64,000 nt of DNA from Octopus vulgaris (GCA_951406725.2 OX597827.1:44392001-44456000); one strand, 5' to 3'; counted from the first letter of the stretch, positions 28,382-42,670 are shown. Program-made: numbers and translations. The notes: a model not told the origin generated them from the sequence alone.

Positions 28382-28696
28382 CAACTCAAGACAACAACTT
28401 TACCTCAACCGGTCCATCTCTCTTTAATATTATACCAAAATACATTAAAATGGAAACAGATACCATAAAATTCAAAAGTTCTCTGGACAAATTTCTCCAA
28501 AAAATCCCAGACCAACCTCCTGCACCCGGATATGTTTCCAACAACAATAACTCTTTGCTAGAGTGGGCCATGGTGTCCCATATATGACTGAGGTGTAAAT
28601 CACAATCTGAAAGACTTCACCAGGTGGTGCTATTTAAGTTAGACATGACCTGAGCCTACACTGGCCGAAACCTATCAAAGTTAAGTCTAAGTTAAG
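28382..28696 (+). mobile_element. CR1-clade LINE 3' end inserted into a SINE family 1 copy
   Basis: Translates NNFTSTGPSLFNIIPKYIKMETDTIKFKSSLDKFLQKIPDQPPAPGY...*, the CR1-type ORF2 terminus; the SINE sequence resumes after the insert. Confidence 0.8.
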
Positions 28697-29175
28697 CATG
28701 ATAACAATTTTACCAGTTTGCCACCTTCTTAATAATAATGATTCTTTCTGTTATTGGCGATAAGCTTAAACTCTCTTTGTGAACAAGAGCAAGTAACCAA
28801 TCTCTGATGAGATATTAATAAACCCTATAAACTAGTCACAATGCTCTCTTTATCTGGTAAGAGAGAAAACCAGTTGTGATTTAACCAGTGTCTACTTTTC
28901 ACAATGAAATTTAGGTGGGCCGCATGTAGCCCCATGTATTCTACCTGTTTTATATTCAGATCTGACGTCTCACATCTACCCTTCAATAATATTCTAAAAA
29001 CAAACAATCACATCACTGAAATCTCGAATCTAGGAGACAATGAATAATTCAAAACAATGCAAATAAATAAGCATCACATTTGACAGAACAATCTGAATGC
29101 TAAAGGGTTAAATGTGTTTTTACTAAAAGTACAGAACTGTATTATTTTTCCTTCCATTATATGTACCATTATCTA

Positions 29176-29400
<225 letters not shown>

Positions 29401-29639
29401 CTAAGATGTATTTATAGATTAACAAACAATGGGAGGACAACAACAACAATTTCTTTTATTGATAACAACTGATAAGGAAATAATAATAGTGACGAGGCTG
29501 ACAATAATGAGGCCTCAAATCAACTGTGATGTGTTTTAACAAATTAGGAAAGAAGAAAAGATGAAGCCAATTCTCAGTAGGATTTGAACTGGTAAAAAAC
29601 CTGGTAAAAAAAAACATTAGAGTGTTTGAAAAAAAAAAT

Positions 29640-30690
29640 CTTGCAGAATTCTAGCTCTTTATGTTCAAATCCTGCTGAAGACAACTTTACCTTCCATTCT
29701 TTCAGAGCCAATGAAATAGGGTACCAGTCAAGTTGTGAGGTTGATGGTGTCGACTAAACCTCTCCCTCAAATTCCAGGTATTACACCCATGCTAAAAATT
29801 ATTCTTATTATCATCTGATGGGATATTAATAAACACTGGCGGTGAGCTGGCAGAAAAGTTAGCATGCCAGGCGAAATGCTTAGCGGTATTTCATCTACCC
29901 TTACATTCGGAGTTCAAATTCCACTGAGATTGACTTTGCCTTTCATCCTTTCAGGATCAATGAATTAAGTACCAGTTGCATACTGGGGTCAATCTAATCA
30001 ACTGGCCCCCTCCCCCAAAATTTCGGGCCTTGTGCCTAAAGTAGAAAAGAATTATTATTATTATTATTAAAGTAGTGAGCTGGCAGAGTTGTTAGCAGGA
30101 AAAGGAAAAATGCTTAGCGGCATTTTGTCCATCTTCGCTATCTGAGTTCAAATTCCACAGAGATTGACTTCGCCATTCATCCTCTCATGGTCAATAAAAT
30201 AAATACCAGTTGAGTACTGGAGTTGATGTACTGACTTTTCCCCTCGCCTAAAACTGGTGCCATTGAGCCAAAATCTGAAACCATTACTATTATTAATAAT
30301 AATAATAATAATAATATTAGCGCAGTGAGCTGGCACAATTGTTTGCACATTTGTTTTGGGTGGTGCTTTATATTTTGAGTTTAAATACCACTGAAGTTGA
30401 CTTTGTCTTTCATCCTTTCAAAGTTGACAAAATAAGACACCAGTCAAGTACTGGGGCCAATGTAATCAACTAATCCCCTGATCATCAAATTACTACCCTT
30501 GTGCCAAAATTTGAGGCAAATCACCATCATCGTTATTGTTGCTGTAATCTTTATTTTTAAGGCAGTGGGCTGACAGAATTGTTAGTATGCTGGGTAAAAA
30601 GCTTAGTGGCATTTCGTCCATCTTTACATTCTGATTTTAAATTCAGCCAGGATCAACTTTGCATTTCATCCTTTTGGGCTTGATGAAATT
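29640..30690 (+). mobile_element. Head-to-tail array of about 5 SINE family 1 copies
   Basis: Repeated GAGCTGGCAGA...GTTCAAATTCC...TTTCATCCTT...AAGTACCAG units separated by (TTA)/(TAA) runs. Confidence 0.85.
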
Positions 30691-31730
30691 TCCTTGACAA
30701 TGGATTGAACTTGGAACGTTTATTTTTACCAACAGGCAGTGCTATTCAGAAGAACAATATTATTTAATTACCTACACATTTGTCACCCATGCCAATAACC
30801 CCTCCCTGACACATAACTGAGACAAGTTTATAGCAATATCCGCTTTGCACAAAGCAAACATTGTTAGTGACATACATTTTTTTTTTCTTGTGATGTGAGG
30901 CCAGCCAGGAGAGTGAGGAACTGACAGGCTTATCTAGACATAGGGGTTTGGATCAATCTTAGTTTCTCCCCCCCACCACCACCTAACCACCGGCTGTTTA
31001 AGCACGATTGTATCTTAGATGCCTTTTCCAGCAAAACTCAACCACTTTATGTTGCACTGTTCAGCCACTTTGATTCATAAAGCTGGAGAGGTCATACACT
31101 AAGCGAATTTCAATTGTAAACTTGGGGATGAACAACAACTGGACATTATAAAATATAAAACCATTTTTTTTTTCCCCCTAAACTTTAAAAATCTCAAATG
31201 ACAAACTGTGTCTATGAAAGTTAGACTCTAAAGAAGTTACATATATAGAACTGTAATGTATTTAGTTAAAATACACAGAAATAAAACATTTCATATTTTA
31301 TCAATGATTATTATACCATACTTATTTATATAAACTTTTTAACACTTCTACGACCATATTTCTAATGAGATCACACTGCCCATGTGTTTCAATTAATTTT
31401 GAAAATAATCAAGAATTTAGAAGGATTTAATAAAATTACTTTTCACATAATTAAACCAGTGGGAAAACAACTGAATATAATAATGACATGTTTGCACATA
31501 AAAATTAGGACAGAAAGTTTTAATTTTAAACATGAAGAGGTTAATAAAATGGGTGGTTTTGCATCAAAGAACCAGAAGTGGTCTCTGGCGGGTAGTTATG
31601 AAAACAGATAAATAAGATTTCTCAGTTTTTCTTACTTTGTGATTACTGGTTTTATTTGGTTTATATTTTAATTTTCGATATTTCTTTCTACTAAGGTAGC
31701 ACGCTGGCAGAATCGTTAGTATACTAGACA

Positions 31731-32234
31731 AAATGCTTAGCAGTATTTCCTTTGTCTACACATCCTAAGTTCAAACTCTACCGAGGTTGACTTTGGCCGC
31801 TGTCCTTTCAGGGTCGATGTAATCAACTTAAACCCTCCTCAAAATTGCTGGCCTTGTACTAAAACTTGAACCTAATATTTCTTTCCACTGTCAGCAATTT
31901 CTTAGCTTAAAAGTACAGAGTGCTCAGCTGGAATTTGAGACATACAGGGTTTGATTCTCTGTAGAGGCATGCTGGCCAATCTAAATGCTTAGCAGTATTT
32001 CCTCTGTCTACACATTCTAAGTTCAAACTCTACCGAGGTTGACTTTGCCTTCTGTCCTTTCAGGGTCGATATAATCAACTTAAACCCTCCTCAAAATTGC
32101 TGGCCTTGTGCTAAAACTTGAATCTAATATTTCTTTCCACTGTCAGCAATCTCTTAGCTTAACAGTACAGAGCGCTCAGCTGGAATTTGAGACATACAGG
32201 GTTTGATTCTATGTAGTGGCATGCCGGCCAATCT
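31731..32234 (+). repeat. 252-bp direct tandem duplication (31731-31982 / 31983-32234)
   Basis: Two highly similar units, each a SINE body plus adjacent flank. Confidence 0.95.
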
Positions 32235-35200
32235 AAATAAAGTGGTGAGCTAGCAGAATTGTTAGCACGTCGGACAAAAATGCTTGGCAGCATTTCATCC
32301 ATTTTTCCATTTATGCCAAAATTCTGCTACGGTCAACTTATTAACCTTTCATCCTTTCAGGGGTTGATAAAAAAGTACCAGTAGAGGACAAGGTTCAATG
32401 TAATCAACTTATCTCCTCTCTCAAACTTGCTGGCCTTGTGCCAAAATTTGAAACCAATATTTTGTTCAACTATTTTATCCACATATCTTTTCTGTTTTTA
32501 GCAATTTTCTTCACTTATACTACATTTCCCACTGTGCTGTTGCATTCTCAGAATAATTACACAGATCATAGTGCAATCATTCAGAAAATTACTTTTAAAG
32601 CAAGAGGAACAATGAGACATTTTAATTATGATGAACGGGCACGAGGTTGAATATTCACTGGGTACTTGCTGTGACCATCTCAACCACAACAAACACCAGT
32701 TTCTGAATAGCCTTGAATTCAGAGCAACGGTAGAGTTGATAATATTGACTTCATTACTCAAATGGTACTTATTTTATCGATCCTGAAGGACTAAACTGCT
32801 ATTCAGAAGGTTTAGAGATACATCAATGTACAGCATAGTGGCCCATAGTTTCTAGACTGAAAGCCCTTCAGAATAAACAGTTCAGTCAATTTTTGTTGAA
32901 GTGTTAAATCTTTCCAAGAACAACAACACACTTGTCCACCACTAGAGTTCAATGGAATTCAATAATCCATAGATGGCCATGTATACTCTCTGTATATGCT
33001 AGACACCCAGATGTTATGTTTGTAATTGGCCAAAGTCCAAACATTTTGGAGATCATGTCCAGCAGCTGACAGAAATTTGTTTTATCAATCCAGGAACAGT
33101 GAAAGGCAAAGTCAAGCCTGATGAAATTTCGACCCCAAAGAGATTTTAACTGAAAGCCTCAGGTGATGTATTTGAATACAGCAAGATGTTTTCAGCAATG
33201 CTGTTACCTTTTTGTCCAATCTACCACCATATCTAACAATAATTATAATGTCAATAGCACACAAGTATGGTGTCTCATAAAAGAGTAATAGAAAGACAAA
33301 GCAAAAGATGAAGGAAACTAGAGAAAGAGAGAGAGAGAGGAAGGGGGTATAATATTTACTCATTTCCACTGAGAGAATTATGTAAATTAGGTGAGAAACA
33401 GTTGAGCTGTTTTTGTTTTGGATATCTTTATACTGTTTTGAAGTTGGTTAGATCAAAGATTATGATAGTAACACATTGTTTACACAAGAGAGAAGAAAAA
33501 TAAACAGTGTGTGTGTGTGTATTGGATAGGCAGTGTGGATCAGGGTAGGGTAAATACAGAACAAAATGGAAGAGATAGTGAGAAGAAGAGAGGCAAGATT
33601 GTAGTTAGAGAGAGAGAGAGAGAGAGATGGGGAATAGAAATATGCAAGAAAGTGAGAGACAAGAGTGATGAGGGTAAGGTAAATGCAACAAGAGAGTGTC
33701 CACAGACAAAGTGAGATGAATGCAAGAGGAGTGCATGTGGAGAGAGAACAGGAGGAGCAAAGAGAGGTAGGCCAAGAAGAATGTGCAGCGATGATAAAGA
33801 TAAAGCAGCAGCTGGCGTGTGAATAGTCATTGTGTCTGCATTGACGGAGTGCAACTTTCCAAAGAGACAACAGGGAGAGTCATGTGAACAGAAGTAGGTG
33901 GTATGCAGGAGTTCAGGTTATTTATTGCTGTCAGCTCTAATCTAGCAGCCCTATGATCAAAGGTGTCCCAGCTGTGATCTTTCTATTTTATGTTATTTTC
34001 TTTTTCAGACAGTATATCTAGGATTACATAATGAGATGTGTCCATTTCGTCAAAACAGGCGAAAAGGAGTGGTTGGGGATAAAATTTGACCATTATTTCT
34101 AATATGGTCAGACAACTACAAGGAAGCTCTCTTATCATTAGCTCTGAGACTCCAGCATTATTTGTATTTTAGTTTATCCATCAAATCTATGACAATAAAA
34201 TAAACTAAAAAAAAGCATTATAGCTATTTGTTGTTCAGTCAGTTTACCAAGAACTACATTAAGTAAACTTTCCTTCTTTTGTTAAAACATCAGAGCATGA
34301 TTTGAAAAGAGTTATGGCTGTGATTTCCAGCAGCTCAAAACAACCGTATGGAGGTACTCTTGCTGGTGCTGAGAAGCTCTAAATGCGAGATGATAAGATA
34401 ACAGCAAATCAATGACACAGTGCAAGTTCAATTCTCAGTGAAACCATCTGACTTTAACATCTAGTTTTCATAGCTGCGATTAAAGCCATAATACAAACAG
34501 CTAGGAGATAAACTAGTTCAACCATCATGTCTCACCTGTGACAACCAGACATGAGCAAGAGGGGCAGTACACTTTCACAAAGGTATATTAGTAAGCTAAA
34601 GACGCTAAGATGAGACACAATGGCCTACTTGCCACCATGTACAGATCACACAAAGGCAGGTTGCATAGACAGACTTACTTTCCTTATTTTAATGCATTAT
34701 ATCCAGCCAGCTGTTGGCTTCTGCCAGAACAATTGCTCGGTTTTGGATTATGTGTGTGTACAGTGGGGCTTCCTTATTTATCATTAAATACTGAATAGAA
34801 CAAAACCATTGGGAAACTCTTTTCATAACTATATAAACGCACATCTGTGTGGTGTGCAATGTCTATTGGTGTGGTGTGTGCATGCATGCACACAAACACA
34901 CACACTAACTTAAAACCAGCAGGATCAAGACATGCCTAATGCCCCATTTTCTTTTTGTTTTCATCTTCATAAATGGAGGCAGTGTTTTGTTACTGAAGTG
35001 TGTATATTAAACTGACATATGCACCAACAATAACAAAAAACTCATCTCTGTATCATATTTAATGTATATATATACTGCTGACAGACATGATGCTGTGATT
35101 TTGTGAGAGAGAAAATCTCTTCAGAGACATGCTGTGTTAAAAACACAATATATACCAGAGCTTAATGATCATCATCCCAGCAATGACCCATGAAAACCTC

Positions 35201-35589
35201 ATGTTTTGGCTTCTTTGAACCTTGTGAATGGCATGCATTTGGTAGTCTACAGGTCTACTTGAAATCTGTCCCCTCCAATGTATCAGAAACTGAAGAATAA
35301 AACACTCTTGGTTCACCTAAAACAAGCATTAGTAACTGGCTGCTGGTGTATTTGGTGACAGTCTTGGTGCCTACAGAGATGGTGTGTTTGGCTAATTCAT
35401 CAGAAAGGAGAAGACAGCCAGCTAACGATTCTGCCAGTGCATTGCCTTAAGGTATAATAGTAATAATAATCAACACATAACAAGCTGATACGATAAAATA
35501 ACATTAAGCTATTGAAATGTTGAAAATCTTTAACCCAACAAGAACAACTTTCATCTGTAGTAGAACTTTTTTTCTATTTTACTTTCTCG

Positions 35590-35627
<38 letters not shown>

Positions 35628-38600
35628 CTTTCTTTCATTTCTCTTATTTTTTAATGAGAAAGTAATTCTCTCCTCATGTTTACACATACAACCTCTTTTG
35701 TGCCTGAGCTAACAATGTCACATTCACCTTACCAATCAACTGTATATAGTCGTTTTACCACAAGTTATTCCCCCATCACCACCGCCACCATCACCACTCA
35801 ACCTGGCCTAACCCATATATCGATCCACTGTATCAGCACTCCTTCTCTCTTTCTCTCAATTGCTCACCCACAAGCTCCTTTCACCACATTGCAGGACAAT
35901 TTCTCCCTGCCCTTTTATTATGCTTAACTGTAGAATACACAACAGCTGTTACACAATGTGACATGATTCATAAGGTTAATTTATGTATTTTCAATTGGAA
36001 ATGAAGAGAGTAAAAAGAAAAAAAAAATAGAAAAAAAGTATTTTCCACTTCTTTTTTTTCCTTCAATATTAATACAAATGAGTTTGTATGCAAACTGAAG
36101 ATTTTGTTTAAGAAAGTAGCAGAAAGAAAATAACAAGAACATAAAAACAATGAAATAATACAAAATGAGATTTTAAATTTAATATCTTCCACTCATGGAG
36201 ACCTTATTACCAAGCACTCGTGCACTCTTTTCTTTAACCTGAAAGAAATACATGTGTTGACAAAAAAGACTCACCAAGGGGATAAGCAAACGTAGCAAAT
36301 ACCCAAACGAAATAATGCACAGGGAACTTAAAACAACAAAAACAAATAATTTTTGCTCATCATCGCCATAATTTTTAACGTCCAATTTTCCATGCTTCCA
36401 AGGGTCAGATGGAATTCAGTGGAGCAGGTTTTCTATAGAAGGATCCCTTTCCCATCACCAACATTCACTTGTTTCAAAACCAGTTGATATTTTCCTATCG
36501 CCAGACATATTTCCATAGATGACCAAAAGATGAACACTGCTTGCATGACAGTGACTCTTGTTTACAACTATTGTAGAATGTCAAAACAAGAAGAAACAAC
36601 CTCCTCACCACATACACACAACCCTCTCTACACATGGCAAGCTTCTTTCAGTTTCTTTCTTACAATTACATTTCGACAATGTACAGGTAGTATTATACTA
36701 AGGGTGTTTCACTAAAAACAGATGAAGCTTTGAGAATGACAAAAAGCCTTGCAACAACTTAAACAGTGTACCACTAGTTATATCTTTACGTGTTGCCAGT
36801 CCCCACTTGTTTCTAAAAAAAAGTAATATATTCCCATAGCTTGACATGATTCTCACATGTGATTGGAACAAACAACCTTACGTGCATGACAATAATGCTC
36901 ATTCACAACCATCACAAGATGTCCAGAAAAGGTACACACACGAGCTTCTTTCAATTTCCATTTATCAGATCCATCGGCAAGGTGCAGTGCAGCAGGACTG
37001 AACTCAAGACCACATGGTTGGAAAGCAAGCATCTCAACCACTTATACTATCTCTCTATCTCTCTGATACACACAGTAATATTTATCATACCAAAGTTCTT
37101 CATATCATCAAGTTATTTTTAGGGAAATACTTCCCCACCTCTTTGTCAGATGCACATATTAGCTGTAACTTGTATGTTTACTTTATAATAGTTGATACAC
37201 TCACATACACACACACATATATAGTGTAGGGCATTTTAAAAAACTAATTCAGAGCAAACACCAATAAAATAGTTGCAATAATTATGCCAGGGAATGCTCA
37301 TGACATAATAATAAAGCACAAACTAAGCTACAAGAAAGAAATATATGAAATAAAAATTCTGAAAATAGTAATACAATTGAAATTAAACACACACACATAC
37401 ACACACATCTTACAAGAAGGAGAAACCACTTATGGTTTGTTGATGATAAAGTTGAAAACAATATCATTTATAACCAAGAAGACTACCGATGATCAGCAAT
37501 GGTAAAAATCTAGTCAATAATAGAAAATGGGACATGATAGAGTGCTGCAAGAAAAGAGAATATCTTTCATTAGAGGCTAGTGGATGGCCTAGACCCATTT
37601 TGCAAATAGAGAGAGATACGTCTTTTCTTCAAGTCACATGAACAAACCACATTTGTGAAAGATAAAGTAGCTAAATCCACTTCAAATCATAACTCACTGT
37701 CTTATAAAAGGGAAGATCACATTAAATAATGTGATGCACTATGTCTGAACAAAAAAATGAGATGGTCATGGCTGGAATGCCTTTCATTAATGTCTGCTCG
37801 TGTCATGACAAGAATGCTTACTACATCAGGATTGGCATGAGGCTAACCAATAACTTTTGAACATATACAGAAGTGTGTCAGAGAATTAGTTTTCTTTAGA
37901 GATATTTTTATTCTTTATTTTAGGGAGAGCATACAACAACATAATTGAAGTGCTACACTACAAATTACATACCTAATCATCAAAAATTCAGAACCTACTA
38001 CCACAACCATTGGGTTAAACCTCCAAGCCAGGCACCTTACACTGCCTCAGTTTGCCTGGCCGTCAAACTGGTTCCATCCCAAAATCATTGTGAAGAGTTT
38101 ACACAAGACTTAGAGTGAATAGCACCTATTATTGCAGCCATAGGCAAAGCACATGATTCTGCTTCATAACCAGCTGACAAACAGGTCCTACCTAATCCTA
38201 CTTCACAGACAGATGCATGACTCATAAGTGAACCATATTACAGCAACCATTATGTTATGAAATTTATCAAGTTTCACAATTCTGACTAGGAAGAACACAA
38301 ACATGTCTTGATTAATGTTATTATTATTATTTTTTAAGTATAGCCATCCAAATCACATGCTATCTTGGAGACAGAAAGAAAAAAAGGGCATTTCCAAAGG
38401 AATTAACAAAGGCCTTCAAAACTTCAAACGAATTTCTGTTATACTGGAATGTAGTGGGTGTTAGGAAGGATTAATATTTTGTTAAAGTTGTTGTTGTTGT
38501 TATTATTAGCACAAAACATGCCACCAAAATCAACATGTCCACCTACACATACCACATTTAAAAAAAAAACAATATTCATAAATTCTCTGCAAACTCTTAC

Positions 38601-39473
38601 CATCTTGCTATCATTACAACTGATTTTACAAAGCAAATTTCAATTATGTCGACTTATCACTGTTATGATAGAGAAGCCCATTTATAGCAATTCGCTTTAT
38701 TAAAATTTCCTACATTATATTTAAAATGAAAAAAAAAAACAAAAACAAAAGATAAAATGAACTGAGCTGATTTAAAGACTTTGGTATGTGTTTCATCCAC
38801 AATAGAGCTGTTAGTGATATGAAGTACATCCAGCTGTAACAATAGTGAAAACTGAGACATGAAGGCAGGAAAGTAGATGCAACACACATCAAGGCTATAC
38901 ATCAAGGATAGTAACTTTGAATGAAAATTGAAATAGAGAGTAGAGCGAAACTCTTTAGTCATGCTGTATGAAACCTCTCAAAAGTTGATGGCACAACATA
39001 CTGTCCCACTGTATACTGTATAGTTGTTGGTGATAGGAAAAGCATCTAGTTACAGGAACCATGTCAAAAATGGAACTATGAAAGAGGGGGAGACTCTGCA
39101 AGCCTCATTGAAGGCAGCCTGTCTAGGAAGGCAGTAACTACAAACAACAACCAATTAATATAGAGGAGGTCACTTCAGTCCAGTTGCAGACAATCATTCT
39201 AGAGATGGTGGCACACAATACCATGCACCCAGTCCACATTGCAGGACATGCACAACAGATCTGGCTACTTGTTCTCTGTTGTTGTTCTGCATGCATAATT
39301 CTGTGTGCCAGGTAACGGTGACAAGAAGAAGAAAAATAAACCGTGGTGAATAGTAACAACTGCCAGCATCGAAAAATGGAGAATGATGCGTGCCAGTGTT
39401 CATGGGTGCATGCAGGTTTCAACTGCTTAACACTATGTGTATGCACAAATTTATATTCAAATGTTTGTTGTCT

Positions 39474-39685
39474 TTAACCCTTTAGCATTTAAACGGGTCA
39501 TATCCAGCCCCAAATAGTTTGTTTTATGTTTAAATCTGACCTCTCACACCTACCCTACATTCTAGAAACAAAGCCATCTCATAACTGAAATCTTGAAGGT
39601 ATGAGACAATGTATGATTAATTCAAAGCAGGACAAATCAATAAGCATTACATTTGACAGAGTGATTTGAATTGCTAAAGGGTTAA
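39474..39685. mobile_element. TTAA-flanked MITE
   Basis: TTAACCCTTTAGCA...TGCTAAAGGGTTAA perfect termini. Confidence 0.9.
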
Positions 39686-40489
39686 ACGTTGTGGAAATAC
39701 TATCAAACGAATTAATAATGGGAATGATCTGCACCACAAAAATTCGTCAACAAATATATTGCATTAAGTAACACATTTTCATCACTGAACCACAGCTAAA
39801 ATGTAATAAATAAAATAAGGAAAGAAAGAGAAAAAAACTGTTTCTTTTTGAAAGAAGTCAGTCAGTTAAAGAAAAATAAAGAAAAGAAGAAAAAAATTAC
39901 CAAAACAGAGGAAGATGGAAAAGAGAAATTACAACGGCAACATAAAACTGAGAAATGCAAGGGAAAAAAAAATTAAACAACAAAATGAAACGGTTAGCTT
40001 TGATGATTACTGAAGAGCTTATAACTGTTCCAACTTACAAAATAAATCTGAGCAACAAGCACCAATCAGCACAACAGTTTATTGTCCAAAGGTGGGACAA
40101 GAGGAGAGACAGAGAAAGAAAAATAAGGAGACAGAAATATATATATATATTTATATATAGGCACAAACAGAAATGGTTTACTGTTTTTTAGTTTCGGATT
40201 TTTTTTTTTATAAAAGAAGAAGAAAAAGAAAAGGAGAGAAAGAGAAGGGCATCAGAGATGTTAGAAAATGAGATGAGAGAAAGGAGAAAGGAATAAGGTA
40301 CTAATACATATATTGAAACAATAAGAAATTAAAATAGAGTGTAAGAAATATAGAAACAGAGGTTATTAAACAGAATATAAAAAGAGACAGGGTGGGGGCA
40401 AGAAAAAGATAGAATAAATAAAGAGCAGCACAATAGATAGAGCAAAGGCATTTTTTGATGTTAATAATGTAAACAAATGACGAACATAC

Positions 40490-40540
40490 CCATATTATAT
40501 GGCATTATGGACTTTCCGTTCAATGAGGCGTTCCAGTTAT
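40490..40540 (-). CDS. CtBP: Putative CtBP N-terminal microexon B, (x)NWNASLNGKSIMPYNM
   Basis: 51 nt, symmetric phase 1-1, open frame; ttgaactttttag|...ATGG|gtatgt; paralogous to 49488-49526; phase fits the exon starting at 29375. Confidence 0.75.
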
Positions 40541-42016
40541 CTAAAAAGTTCAAGCAAAAGCAAATATGTACCCATTTCTCTTAAACCAATAATCAAATAT
40601 ATTTTTAAAACAGTTTCATTGTTTTTTTTCTGTCAGTTTGTATTATTATCATTTATTTATTTATGCAATACTTTGTGAAGAAACCACACCGGAGACTGAC
40701 ATAACACAACCAGGAAAAGAGGGGGAAAAGCGAAAAAAAAAAAAAAAAAATTTACACCGGAAACAAGAGTGCAAACAAGTATGCATTCAAAGATAATTTC
40801 TTACAACGGTATTCCAGTTAGGTTTGTTGTTGTTGCTGTTCTCTTGTTGCTTGCAATTTACACAATAAATGTAAATATTTTATACAATAAATAAACTAAA
40901 TATTTAGTTTATTTACACAAATGAAATATGTCTATGACAAGGCCCAAGTTGTTACATCTAGCCATATACGAATGCAATAAAATTTGAACACACACAGACA
41001 CACACTGTAGGCCACATTGTTTTCTTTTAAATTATTGTAGATTCCTATGATAAATATCACATCAATGGATTAGTAAGTGTATTTGGCTTCTGATTGCAAG
41101 GTCATGAGTTCAATTCCTAGTAACGCATTGTATCCATGAGCAGAACACTTTTATTTTGTGTTGCTCCAGTCCACTAAGCCAGTAAAAGCAAGTAGTACCA
41201 GTATTTCCAAAAGGCCAAACTGTCACATTCTATGTCACACTGAATCTCTCTGAGAACTACTCTAAGGGTATGCGTGTCTGTGGAGGGCTTAGCCACTCGC
41301 ACGTTAATTTCATGAGCAGACTGTTCCATTGATCGGATCAACTGGAACCCTCATCGTTGAAACCAAACAAGTGCATCTGCACAGTTTCTGACAACCAAGT
41401 TTCACTGACACGGTTTTGACCAGCCTGAGGCTACGGAGAAAATGGTTAAAGTGTCACCATCCAGTGCAATGGAATCCAGAACAAAGTATTGCAAAGCACA
41501 TGACCATACTTATACTCAAAAACTAAGTGACACCATCGCTTCAGTCCAGCTATGAAGGCCAAAAAATAACAGAAACTTGCCACAAGGCAAGTGCATAGCA
41601 GGGGAGATCTTCAGAGGAAGAACTCCCATCTGACAAGTGTTTTGGCCCTTATAGCTGACACTCTATAAGAACAAGGCCCACCCAGGTCATGACTCCTAAG
41701 TGTCCTCCTGCTGCTTTCTAAAATCCTGTCTCCAGCAGGATTTGAACCTGGATCATTTTTTTGTTCTTAGCTCTATGTTTCAGCCCACTAGACCACTCTG
41801 ACTGACAAAGGAACCAGTATTCCCCTTCTTTCTATTCTTGTAAATAACCAATGGAAATTCATAACTAAGTCCGTTGGTCATTCCCCTTCATCTATATCCA
41901 CATTGAGGTCTTTTCAGCAACATCAGGCAGAGAAAAAGGTGAGGGCAAAACAGATCACCCACACACACCTGTATAGAACTTTGTGTTTAGAATATCCCAA
42001 TAAAAAAAAGGAAAAG

Positions 42017-42067
<51 letters not shown>

Positions 42068-42665
42068 ATATTTCAGACTGGATAGTATCAATAACTTTGA
42101 AATTGGTAAACAGAAATAAATTAAGGCACAGGTGTTATGATGTGTGTGTAGGAGAATTTTCATTAAAAATATTAGAGAATATGGATATTTTGCAATATAT
42201 TTTTTATTACTAAGAGGCACAGAAGGAGAGAGAGAGAGTATGAGATACATAATTGCACAAAGAATAGAGAGAGAGAGAGATAAGACAGAAATACAAAAAG
42301 ATAGAGATGTGAAGGTGCATGTGTGGGTATAAATGTAGAGAGAGAGGGTGGCGGGGGAGAGAAACAGATAACTGGGAGGTACTTTCAGACCCCAATATTA
42401 GAGAGAGGTGGGGGGAGTAAACATCGAAGAAGCCTTAAGGAAACAAGACCAGGTGTTTTGGGAAAAAAAATTTTAATTGTATAACCAGCCTTAAAAAACA
42501 GTGCAGCACATTGCTAAAATGCAGCAGAAGATGCACTAAACACTATCTGTTGCGATTAAAAGAACTATATTCCAATTAAGCTGTTTTTCAAGATTATATC
42601 TTCAGCTCAAAACTGCAAAACTCAATTATTTTATAAAAAGATTAAAATATAAAAAGAAGCAACTG

Positions 42666-42670
42666 TAGTA

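Noticed and set aside
29836-29930. tRNA-like A/B boxes as a tRNA gene
   Set aside because: They are heads of a multi-copy SINE and do not form a cloverleaf.
33460-33870. 136-aa hydrophobic ORF
   Set aside because: Antisense of a GA-rich low-complexity tract; no family resemblance or clear splice structure.
40800-40850. AAC TGG AAT ACC GTT|gtaag (NWNTV) as a third microexon paralogue
   Set aside because: Only three codons match, there is no polypyrimidine tract or acceptor, and the phase is wrong.
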